64,000 bases of DNA from contig NC_134468.1 of the NCBI RefSeq assembly GCF_964194025.1, positions 70,308,001 through 70,372,000 of the forward strand, written 5' to 3'. This stretch comes from Convolutriloba macropyga (Eukaryota). Below the pieces are notes generated by a model, which worked only from the letters and a program-made list of their open reading frames with translations, had not been told where the DNA came from and made no database searches. The position numbers and the translations under genes were made by a program. Of the stretch, positions 23,811-35,679 are shown piece by piece (within the stretch, counting starts at the first letter, position 1; every line of letters begins with the position of its first letter).

Positions 23811-26800
23811 GCAAATTGCATTTTTGGGACTCAAGTGTCCTAAGACTCTTATAAACCTTTTCAAATATCTTTCCTGGTTTTTTTAACTGCTGCAAACTGC
23901 TTTTGATATGTTTTTTTCCCGACTATTGGCATTTTCCCTGTAGATTGTCATTTTCTTCATTATGGGGCTCAAAATCATTGCACTCAGGATGTCATTTTCA
24001 ACATACAAAAAATATGCCCTTTATGAAACGGTACAATTTGTCAAAAATGCACGATTTTTTATAACCCCTCTATCAATCGGGGTCACCCGCGCATTTTTCG
24101 TATTACGGTTTGCTGAAGTTTTTTTCCCATAAAATCACACTCAATGCAGTTATCTCAGAGCTCATAAACTAATCTGTTGTCTAAAACCGCCAAAATTTGC
24201 ACCTTTTTAAATCTGTCTGTGTCCAAATGATTTGCAACTAATGACAAGATGTCAATAACTAAATTTGGCAGTTCAACGCAGCCTAATTTAACAATTTTGT
24301 TCTGAGAGTCATTCCAATAAAGCATGTCCTGTTGCCCGGTCATTTTTGCCAACTTGTCTTTGAGTCTCTCATCAACCAATTTCGAACAGCATCTCATTTC
24401 CTTTTGTTCTATGTACGACTTCATTCTTATCTTTTTCCAGGTTTTTGTTCAAAACGGGGGACATGTTTTCCTAGAAATCATGGGATTGGCAGTTTTGATG
24501 CTTCTCTTTAGGCGATGTGGTGCTGCTACTAGCTTTCGTCCGTGCTTGAGTTTGATTTTTGCAGTTTTTCCATATGAAACGTGAATGGTGCTGGCTTCGG
24601 GATGACCTTCTTCTGCATTTCGCGTGCATTCGAATAGCAGAAGATGCCGCCATCTTCAAAGGAGCTTAATTATTTAAAAAATAACGCTTGTGACTCTGCT
24701 TTTCTTGAGCTGCGGGGATCAATACCTAAAAGGCCGCCGGGGATTAGGTTAAAGAAAACCTTTAATTCTTAGCGGGGCTTTGAACAAAAAAAATAAATTT
24801 TATTTTGACTTTATATTTTATTTAAAAAATTTGATTTTCCTTTGAAAAATCCAGAAAATTATAATCTTTACGCAGGAGTTTTCGGAATTCCAAAATTTTT
24901 TTTTGAACCTGAAAATTACTTCCGATGTTAATTTATTGATATAGATCAATTCAATTGCATCTTTCTCAACCTCGGTGCTTGCGTTGAGTTTGTGCCATTC
25001 CAAATTATGTACTCTACCACAACATTCCTTGATGTACTTTCTACTAGAAAATCTGTTTTAAAAATCTGAAATTCTAGCTGTATCAAAAAGGTTGGTTAGA
25101 TCATAGATGGCTTTGGAGATTCATGGAATTGCATAAATCTGATGTAATTTTTTTAACACTTACGATTTCAAATTTTTACCAAAACTTGATTTCAAGTTGG
25201 GTAATAAAGTTCTTAATAATCTTGTCGAGAACATCACAAAACCTTTTCTGGCTGTCCGAAATGTTTTTAATGATCTGTTTTTCTTTACTGAAAAAATATA
25301 TCGTCGTTTACTCATTTTTGTCGAGACTTTTTTGTGTTGGGATGCTGTTCTCGGGATAATTGTTGGCTAAATATTTCGTTGGTTATTTTTTCTATCCAAC
25401 GTCTAATTAAACATTCAAGGTGAACACTCAGTTGGATAACGGTTCTCTGTTCAGATCTTTTAATTTTCATCCACAGCTAGTTCAAAATCTTTCCAATCAA
25501 GAGTTGCATTGAGTATATTTTGTATAGTTCATTGAATCACGATTGTTGTAACGACGCACAGCTGGGAAAAATTATGAGATAAAATTTAAGACCAAATTTG
25601 CTTACGGATAGTCTTAAAAGTATCGTCATAGCTGACTTCAGAACATCGGAATCTCGTCAATGAAACGACTACCTTTAGTGAAATGACAATACCTGCTCTT
25701 CAGGTACCTTGGTGTACAGACGTTTAACATAGAGGGTTCCTACTTGCTCATCTTCCTCAAAAGTGATAAGTTCTAAGGCGGCTACGACATCCTCCAATAT
25801 TAGCGACAACTTCTGGAAAAAGGGAGTCAAACGATTATTAAGATTTTTAAGGTTATCTTAACGCATGTTGCGTATCAAGTGAACAGTTTGATGTGGACTG
25901 TCTTTTTTATATATCGCCAAGGTTGCATTTGTTTGGACTCAAAAGTCCTGTGACTCCTCTAAACCTTTTCAAATATCCTTTCTGTTTTTCTTTTTTTTTA
26001 GCTGCTGCAAACTGCTATTGATATGTTTTCCCGACTATTGTCATTTTCCCCGTGGATTGCCATTTTCCTCAATATGGGGCTCAAAATCATGGCACTTAGG
26101 ATGTCATTTTCAATACACAAAATATATGTCCTTTATGAAACGGTACAACTAGTCAAAAAAGCATGTTTTTTTCAAATCCCTCTATCAATCGGCGTCACCC
26201 GCAAGTTTTTCATGTAGCATTTTGCTGAAGATTCTATTTCCCAAAACATCACTGTCAATGCTGATATCTAAGAGCTCATAAATCAATCTGTTGTCTGAAG
26301 CCGCCAAAACTTGCACCATTTTAAATCTGTCTGTAACCAAATGCTTTGCAACTAATGACAAGATGTCAATGACTAATTTTGTAAGTTCAACGCAGCCTAA
26401 TGTAACAATTTTATTCTGAGAGCCATTCCAAGAAAGCATGTCCTGTTGCATGAGTCTCTCACTTAACAATTTCGAACGACATCTCATTTCCTTTCGTTCT
26501 TTATACGACTTCGTTCTTATCGTTTTTCAGGTTTTTTTTTCAAAACGGGGCACATGTTTTCCCCAAAATCATGAGGTTGGCAGTTTTGATGATTTTCTTT
26601 AGGCGATGTGGTGCTGCTACTAGCTTGCGTCCGTGCTTGAGTTTGATTTCTATAGTTTTTGCATATGAAACCCGACTTGTGCTTGTTTCGGGAAGATCTT
26701 CTTCTGCGTTTCGCGTGCATTCGCTATTGCTCATGAATAGCAGTAGATGCCGCCATCTTTAAAGGGGCTTAATTATTTAAAAAATAACGCTTGTGACTCT

Positions 26801-28071
26801 GCTTTTTTTGAGCTGCGGGGATCAATACATAAAAAGCCGCCGAGGATTAACTAAAAGAAAAAATTCAATTCTTAGCGGGGCATTGAACAAAGAAAATCAA
26901 TTTTATGTTAATATTATATTTGATTTTAAAACTTTGATTTACGTTTGAAAAATCCAGAAAATTATAATCATTACGCAGGAGTTTTCAGAACTTCCAAAAT
27001 TTATTTTTATACCGGAATTAAAAAAAATTGTCCTCTACCTAAAAGTTAATTCCTGTCCACTGCATTCACCGATTGTAATTATTTCTGATGTTAATTTATT
27101 GATATAGATCAGTTCAATTGCATGTTTTTCAACCTCCGTTCTTGCGTTGAGTTTGTGCCATTCCAATTTATGCACTCTACCACAACATTCCTTGATGTAC
27201 TTTCTACTCGAAAATCTTTTTTTTAAAAAAATCTGATTTTCTAGTTGTATCAAATTGGTTGGTTAGATCATAGATGGCATTGGAGATACGTGGAATTGCA
27301 TCAATCCGATGTAACTGTTTATAACACTTACGATTTCAAATTTTTACCCAAAACTTGATTTCAAGATGGGTAATAAAGTTCTTAATAATCTTGTCGAGAA
27401 CATCACAAAACCTTTTCTGGCTGTCCGAAATGTTTTTAATGATCTGTTTTTCTTTACTGAAAAAATATATCGTCGTTTACTCATTTTTGTCGAGGCTTTT
27501 CTTGTGTTGGGTTGCTGTTCTCGGGATAATTGTTGGGTAACTATTCCGTTGGTTTTTTTTATCTAACCAAAGTCTCATTAAACATTCTAGATGACGACTC
27601 ATTTGGATACCGGTTTTCTGTTCAGATCTCTCAATTTTCATCAACAGTTAGTTCAAAATGTTTCCAATCAAGAGTTGCATTGAGAATATTTTGTATAGTT
27701 CTTTGAAGCGCGAATGTTGTAACGACGCACAGCTAGGAAAAATTATGAGATAAAATTTAAGACCAAATTTGCTTACGGATAGTCGTAAAAGTATCGTCAT
27801 AGCTGACTTCAGAACATCGGAACCTCGTCAATGAAATAACTACTTTGAGTGAAATTCCAAAATCTGCCCTGCAGGTACCTTGGTGTACAGACTTTTAATA
27901 GAGGGTTACTACTTGCTCATATTCCTCCAAAGTGGTAAACTCTACGGCGGCTACGGCATCCTCCAATATTAGCGACAACTTCTGGAAAAAGCGAGACAAA
28001 CAATTGTTTAGATTTTTAAGATTATCTTAATTCATGTCGGGTATCAACGAAACAGTTTGAAGAGGACTGTC

Positions 28072-28126
<55 letters not shown>

Positions 28127-28700
28127 CAAACTGCATTTGTTTGGACTTAAGTCTCCTGAGACTCTTATAAACTTTTTCAATAAACCTTCCTGTTTTTTTA
28201 ATTCCTAAAAACTGCTACTGATCTGTTTTTTTCCGACTATAGACATTTTTACGGAAGGTTGTATTTTTCCTCACTATGAGGCTCAAAATCATGGCCCTTA
28301 GGATGTCTTTTTCAACACACAAAATATATGCCTTTTATGAAACGTTACAATTAGTCAAAAAAGCATGATTTTTTTGAACCCCTCTATCAGCTGGCGTCAC
28401 CCGCGCATTTATCGTGTAACACTTTGCTGAAGATTCTATTTCCCATAACATCACAGTCATTTCAGTTATCTCAGAGCTCATAAACTATTCTGTTTTCTAA
28501 ATCCGGAAAAGTTTGCACCCTTTCATATTTGTCTGTAATCAAGTGCTTTGGAACTAATGATAAGACGTCAAAATCAAATTTTGGCAGTTCAACCAGCCAT
28601 TCCGCAAGTGCGTATTCTGTCGCCCAATCAGCTTTGCCAACTTGTCTTTTGGTCTCTCACCAAACAATTTTGAACAACGCCTCATTTACTTTTCATTGTT
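16142..28700 (-). repeat. Tandem array of ~2.15 kb units, each an internally deleted, decayed Penelope-like element
   Basis: The anchor tgcatttttgagctgcggagatcattacgt occurs at ~16448, 16978, 19133, 22543, 24697 and 26798. On the minus strand each unit reads as PLE N-terminus (LPNLVIDILSLVANHLDTDRFK), RT motif A (EQVVTLYVKSLYTKVP), thumb remnant, and GIY-YIG C-terminus (IKECCG..IELIYINKL..GECSGQELTFR). 17444-20600 and 20845-24000 are a closer ~3.4 kb duplication. Confidence 0.9.
18193..18233. repeat. (TA)n microsatellite inside array unit (homologous tracts at 20389-20402, 21594-21642, 23774-23808, 25908-25914, 28075-28123)
   Basis: Direct reading. Always follows ggactgtcgtt or a close variant. 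Confidence 0.95.
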
Positions 28701-31700
28701 GTACACAATGGATGGTAAAACTTCTCTTTGTTCACATCTTCTTGAAGTTTTACCTCAAAATTTTTACTGCTTCGTTCGGGACAATTGAATTTCTTCCCGA
28801 GGAACTTAAAATGAAAGCTATGAATCACTCGTTTTAAAAATCAATCAACTTTCGGGGGTATTCATATCTTCAAGAAATGCCGAATGATATTGTTGCTATT
28901 CTAGTTTTTCGTAAGAAATCGGTTTGACATATACAGCTTATTGGTTTTTTCGAAGAATTGGCATCCTTTAGACAGTGTTTTTAGCAGTTTTTACGTCTGA
29001 AAACGTACCTTAGTCATGATTCTGTTAGATTTTTGCTCATCATTGGAGCCTGCTCAAAACAGGAGACAGGAAAACCGGAAAAGCCAATTCTTCAGAGCTA
29101 CAATCTTGTTGTGTTCTATCTCTACCTGTCTTTTCTTTCTCTGGTCTTTCTCTCTCGTTTCCTTAACATCATTGTTCCGTTCATTTTCTTTAGTGGGGCT
29201 TTCAAGTAACGTTAGTGGTACAAATCTTTTACTAGGGACTTCATTTCGTGTGCCAGCTCCTGTTTGAGTTCACTGAAATTGTACAGCTGTGTTGTCTGCT
29301 TCCACTTTAATATCAAGTGCTTCGTAACCCTTAGAATCTTTAATCTAGTGCGTGACAGTGTGCTCAATCGGCCCTTTTGTTACCTGTTTTAAGTATTGGT
29401 TAAAAGAAAGGCAACAAAATGCTGTTAACTACCACAGGAATTCCACATTAATTTTTAAAAATTTTGAATTAAATTCTTGCTTTCTGTCCCATTTAAGAAA
29501 GGTTAAAAACGGAGCTGACAATGGCTAAAGCTTCCAATTGGAAGGAACTGCCAATTGAATCTGACTCTGATGAAAAATAAAGTTTTCGGACTTTGCGTTT
29601 ATCTTCACGTTGACCTAAAGTTGAAGCTAACCGGAATAGATTAAACTATATGAAATGAGCTAATATGGAAACGAGTTCGTTAACATTTTATTAGAAATTT
29701 GTAAATTTTGTTAACATATAACTTCCCCAACAATTTTTAATACCTGTTTCGTAGTTTTTGAAATTTTTGAGTACTTGGTTTTCTTTTTTGAACAGGAATT
29801 TTGCTTTCAATCCTATTTGTTGTTGTCATTGGGTTTTGCTGTTGTGGTCATTTGGAAATAAGACATGTACTATTATGACTTTCAAATCCCGAATGTCAAA
29901 TTCTGCATTTGAACAAATATTTCAATGTCAAGATAACCAAATTTCAATATTTCGATATCCAATGACGAGATAACACGGGTCACAGATCAGAGTTTTTCTT
30001 TTTCTGGTGAAAACAGCACGCGCTACTTGTTGACAGAACAGATTTTGCATTAGCAACTGTTCTTTGTTAAACTACTGTCGTAAAATTCATCAACTGCTAA
30101 TCATGGATTCACTCTGTTATCGGACTCCGAGTTTTATGTTGCCGTTTGGAAGTTGCAAAGTATTAAGCAGCGTAATTATAGAAAAAGTTCAGTAGAAAAT
30201 TTGCCAGTTTCTTTGAAAAGCAATAAGATGATAATCACGTGAAGTGTGCACTTGATCATGCATCCATTGTTCCAAACCATACTTTTCACTTTATATTATA
30301 TTGCCTTATAATCATGACTTTTGAAGAGCTCACCTAGCTGGTTTCCAATGAAAATTGGCAGCATTTCTGCTTAATTTTTTGCGACTCTCTGTTTGTATTT
30401 TACTAGAATTCAGAGCAGCGTTTGGAGCGGAAAAGATTGAAATTTTGCATTAAAACAGAAAAGCAGATAAATAACAGCCTCATAAAGTTGATGAAGCAGC
30501 TCAAAATTAGTCAAAAATTTTGTCAGTTACTCAGATCAACTGGTTCAGATTCAGCCAAAAATTCTTGGTTTAGCATAAGAACCCAAAAAATACACCTCTT
30601 TGAACTATTCCTTTGATATCTGGCAGGAGCTATGAAAATTTGAACAGTTTTTGGCGCCGTCCTTCTAAAACTTACTCTGCCTAAACAACGTTAAATCTGA
30701 AATCAAAACACAATATGCTAGAAAAAATAAAGTTTCACACTTTTTGGTTGCTAAAGAGCAAATTATATATCTTGAGTTAAAGAAATTTGTATACCAATGT
30801 GGCGGTTGGAGAAGTTTAAAAATTTTCCTCGAGATTTCTACTCAAGCACTCTGGAAATAGAGATCCAAAGTTCCGCAATTAAAGTTTACTAGGGATAGTG
30901 GTTACAAATTTTTTTTTAAATGAAAGTGCACCTGTTATGTGCAATTAGAGGGCTAGCTCAGGTTGCATCACAGGCTGTAATTTTAGCAAACAATTGGGTC
31001 ATATTGTTTGTGGCATCATTGCAAAAAGCAGAGTGAATCAATGAACATCTCTCTAATTGAGAACAAATCGGGAATACAAAAAGATGCAATCGGAGAGTGA
31101 TTTTCCGAGGAAACGGAATAGTATGTTAGTTATGCAAGAACTGCTTACACGCAAAGTGCCAAAAAAATATCAAGAAGACGGCATGCCAATATGGGAACGC
31201 TGTATGGCTTTGTAATATCTGGAGCCATAAACAAACAGCGGAGAAAATTGAGGAAAAAGCTTATTCAAAATATTTGTGGATGAATTATCTACGTAGTTAG
31301 TGGTGACCCAGTGAATGATAAGTTTGCGGTAAGTTACAAGTACTTAAACCTTGCACTTTCAATCTACAAAAATCTGCTTTCCACCCTAGAGATAGTTGAT
31401 TACAAATTGAACTCAGTTCTTCTCCATATCAACGTAAACTTTAGCAACGATAATAAAAATACCTGTCGCTGGTATCAGAATTCAACCGACAGGAAGATAA
31501 TACTTAATTTTCACAGATGTGTACCGCTTCAGGAATAGAAAAAACTTAATTAAAAAGACGGTTAGCAGGGTTTTAGCGCAAGAACTACTTTTTTGGGCTT
31601 CGGTAAAACGCTTGTATAGAAAAAAACATGCAGGACTAAAAATCCCTGTCCAGCTAAATTGTCTTCGGGAATGAAGAACCAGACTTCACATAAGATGAAA

Positions 31701-32130
31701 AGTGGCAGAGGCCATCAGTTGAAAACTAAAAAAGGGAGCATCAAAAAAAATCAGATTAGATTTCATAAAAAAAACAACAATACAGAGGCAACTGTACACA
31801 AAACTTCGTATGCAAATTGAAAAAATATGGAACTTAAAATTTGTATTCAAAACTCAAAAAATTAAATTTTGCTTCCTCAGCATGATATCATCTTGCGTCA
31901 AAAACCTGAAAGCTATTGATTTATTAGCAAAATTGATGATGGATGCGGATCCATCTATATTGGGCAGACAATCCGCCATATTACCACTGGGATAAAAGAA
32001 ACTAAAATTAGGAATCAGAGCTATGTTGCCGAATATTGTAGCTCATCGAATAGAAAAGAATGGAAAAATCTGAAAACCCATCGCACAGTCGAGAAACTCA
32101 TAATCATCGAGACTATATACATGAGCAATT
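27850..32130. mobile_element. Inverted Penelope-like block 1: minus-strand 5' half (~27850-29400) back-to-back with plus-strand RT-PHD-GIY-YIG remnant (~30140-32130)
   Basis: Plus strand: KTEKQINNSL..LRSTGSDSA, LYTNVAV, GLAQVASQAVILAN, PHD remnant, FVDE, WYQNSTD, GCGSIYIGQT. The minus strand matches the N-terminus of the copy at 42876-43600. Confidence 0.8.
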
Positions 32131-33199
32131 ATACTGATATAGAATTGAAATTCACATTTTTGTTAGAGTTGTCTCAAAAGTATCGTCGTAGCTGACGCTG
32201 TACAGGTACTTTGGTGTACAGACTTTTAAGATAGAAGGTTACTACTTTCCCATTTTCCTCCAAACCGATAAATTCTACTGCGGTTCCGGCACCCTCCAAT
32301 ATTAGCGACAACTTCTGGAAAAAGCGAGACAATTAATTATTAAGATTATTAAGATTATCTCAATTCATGTCGGGTATCAACGAAACAGTTTGAAGAGGAC
32401 TGTCGTGAAAAGAAACTCTTATAAACCTTTTCAATAAACCTTCCTGTTTTTTAATTCCTAAAAACTGCTACTGATCTGTTTTTTTCCCGACTATTGACAT
32501 TTTTACGGAAGGTTGTATTTTTCCTCACTATGAGGCTCAAAATCATGCCGCTTAGGACGTCTTTTTCAACACACAAAATATATGCCTCTTATGAAACGTT
32601 ACAACTAGTAAGATAATTGATTACAAATTGAAAGGAACTTTTTTTGCGCTTTGGTCAAACGCTTGTATAGAAAAAGTCACGCAGCACTAAAAATCAGTAT
32701 CCTGTTGAATTGCCTTCGAAAAGAAAGAACCAGACTTCATTTGACATAAAAAGTGGCAGTGGACATCAGTTGAAAAGTAAAAAAGAGCATCAGAGATATT
32801 AGGTTAGCTTTCATGGAAAAACAACAATACAGAGGCAACTGTACACAAAACTTTGTATGGAAACTGAAAAAATTATAGAACTTGAAAACTGTATTAGAAA
32901 TTTAGAAATTTAGAGAGTGCTTCCCCAAAGTGATATCATCTTGCGATAAAAACCTGAACGCTACTGTAGTTTATGGAAAAATGTGATGGATGCGGCTCCG
33001 TCTATGTTTGTCAGACAAGCAGCCATGTTACCACGGAGATATCAGAAATCAAAATTAGGAATCAGAGGTGAGTCAAATCCTTGCTGAATGTTGTAGCTGA
33101 GTCAAAATTTTGACTGAACTATAGAGCGAAAAAAAATTCAATATCCGATAACGAGAATAAACTTCCATGCTGTTAATTTCCACAGAAAAACGCAGCGAG

Positions 33200-35640
33200 C
33201 AATAACTAAAGCTTCCAGAAGAAGGAACTGCCAATTGAATCTGACTTTGATGAAAAAAAAACGAATGTTGTCGGACTTTCCGTTCATCGTCACGTTGACC
33301 TGAAATTGATGCAAAATCGAATGGACTAAACTGCAAAGTTTGTGAAGTTGTTCTTGATTAATTTATCTAACTCTACGAAATGAGCTAAAATGAAAACGAT
33401 TTCGTTATCATTTTTTTAGAAATTGTAGTTTTTGTTAACATATAACACATACAAAAAATTTTTATACCTGTTTTGTACGTTTCAAAATTTCCGAATACTA
33501 GGTTCTCTTATTTGAACTGGATTTTTGTTTTCAATCCTATCTGCTGCTGTTTTTAGGGTTTTGATGTTGTGGTTATTTGGAAAAAAGACATGTACCAATA
33601 TGATTTTCTAACCTCGAATGTCAAATTCCGCATTTGAAAAAAGATTCAAATGTCAATTTTTCTGGTGAATACAGCACGCGTTACTTGTTAACAGACAAGA
33701 TTTTTAGAGCAATTGTTCTTTGTTAAACTGCCGTCGTAAAATCTATCAACTACTAATCTTAGATTTTGAAAAAAAATTTTCGAAGGTCATTTTAAGTGAA
33801 ACCTGTTATCGGACTCTAAGTTCTATGTTGCCGTCTGTATGTTGCAGAGTATTAAGCAGTTTAATTATGGAGAAAGTTCAGAGACAATTTTGCCAGTTTC
33901 TCTGAAAAGCAGCAAGGTGTTAATCAAGTAAAATGTGCTCTTGGTCATGCTTTCTAATAGCGCATCATACTGGTTTCCAGTGAACACTGTCAGCTTGGTT
34001 GATTTATTTTGAGCAACTTTCATTTCGTAATTTAATAGAATTCAGAGCATCATTTGGAGCTCAAAAAGATGCAATATTGGATTAAAACTGTACAGCAGAT
34101 AAATAAGAGCCTCGAACAATTGATGAAGAAGGTCAAAATTAGTCAATGGTTTCATCAGACACCCAGATCAATTGGTTCAGATTCAGCCAGAAATTCTTGG
34201 TTTAGCATGAGAACCCAAACAAACACACCTCTTCGAACTGTTCTTTCGATATCTAGCAACAGTTATGAAACTCTGAACAAATTTTTGGCGCCATCTTTCC
34301 AAAACTTACTCGGCCTAAGCAACCTAAAAACTGGAATCAAAACACAATATGCTAGACAAAATTTAGTTTCACATTTTTTGGTTGATAAAGAGCAAATCAA
34401 ATATCTTGAATTAAAGAAAATGGTATACCAATGCGGCGGTTGGAGAAGTTAAACAAATTTCCACAAAAGGTTTCCACTCAAGCGCCCCAGAGTGTAGTGG
34501 TTAAAAATTTAGCAGGTTATGTGTAAGATAACCTGTTATGGGCAATAATATGGTCTAGCTAGGGTTGCATCACATGCTGTAGTTTTAGCAAACGCTTGGA
34601 TCAAATTGTTTGATGCATCATTGACAAAACCAGAGTGAGCCAGTGAAAATTTCTAAATGAGAACAAATGGTGATTTGAAAAAAATGCAGTCGGAGAGTAG
34701 TTTTCCGAGTAAAAGGAATATCATGTGAGTTATGCAAAAACTCTTTTCACAGAAAACACCAAAAAACAAGAAGGCATCATGTCAATATGAAAACTCTTTT
34801 GTTTGATTTGTAATAACTGCAGCCGTGAACAACCAGCGGAGAAAATCGAGTTGCGAAGTTTGTTCAAAACATTTGTGGATGATATTATTCAAGCAGTTAG
34901 TTGTGACCCGAACGAGTACTTGAAATATGCAAATTCTGTCTATAAGAACTTGCTTGTTTTTCACTCTAGAGAAAATTGATTAAAACATATATTCAGCTTT
35001 TCTCGGTATCAACGTAAACGTGAGCAACAATAGTAAAAACACCTGTCGCTGGTACCAGAAGTTAACCGACAGGAAGATAATACTTAATTTTTGAAAATGT
35101 GTACCGCTTCTGGAACAGACATTCAGACCAAATATCAGTATCCAGTTGAATTGTCTTCGAAAATAAACAAGAGATAAGATGAAAATTGGCAGTGAAGATC
35201 ACTTGAAAACTATAAAAGCGAGTATCAAAAAAATCAGATTAGATTTCATAAAAAAACAACAATACAGAGGCAACTGTACACAAAACTTCGTATGCAAATT
35301 GAAAAAATATGGAACTTAAAATTTGTATTCAAAACTCAAAAAAATTAAATTTTGCTTCCTCAGCATGATATCATCTTGCGTCAAAAACCTGAAAGCTATT
35401 GATTTATTAGCAAAATTGATGATGGATGCGGATCCATCTATATTGCGCAGACAATCCGCCATATTACCATTGGGATAAAAAAAACCAAAATTAGGAATCA
35501 GAGCTATGTTGCCGAATATTGTAGCTCATCGAATAGAAAAGAATGGAAAAATCTGAAAACCCATCGCGCAGTCGAGAAACTCATGATCATCGAGACTATA
35601 TACATAAGCAATTATACTGATATAGAATTGAAATTCACAT
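33200..35640 (+). mobile_element. Penelope-like block 2 (paralogue of 29520-32130)
   Basis: ORF 34054-34452 (TPLRTVLSISSNSYETLNKFLAP), GLARVASHAVVLAN, PHD remnant, FVDDII. 35228-36090 is nearly identical to 31745-32610. Confidence 0.8.
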
Positions 35641-35679
35641 TTTTGTAAGAATTGTCTCAAAAGTATCGTCATAGCTGAC

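Noticed and set aside
17458-27566. Recurrent plus-strand ORFs in the array (e.g. MSYCPA.., MEIFHN.., MGNKDP..) as a tandem gene family
   Set aside because: They are antisense shadows of decayed PLE coding sequence, with lengths and stops varying between units.
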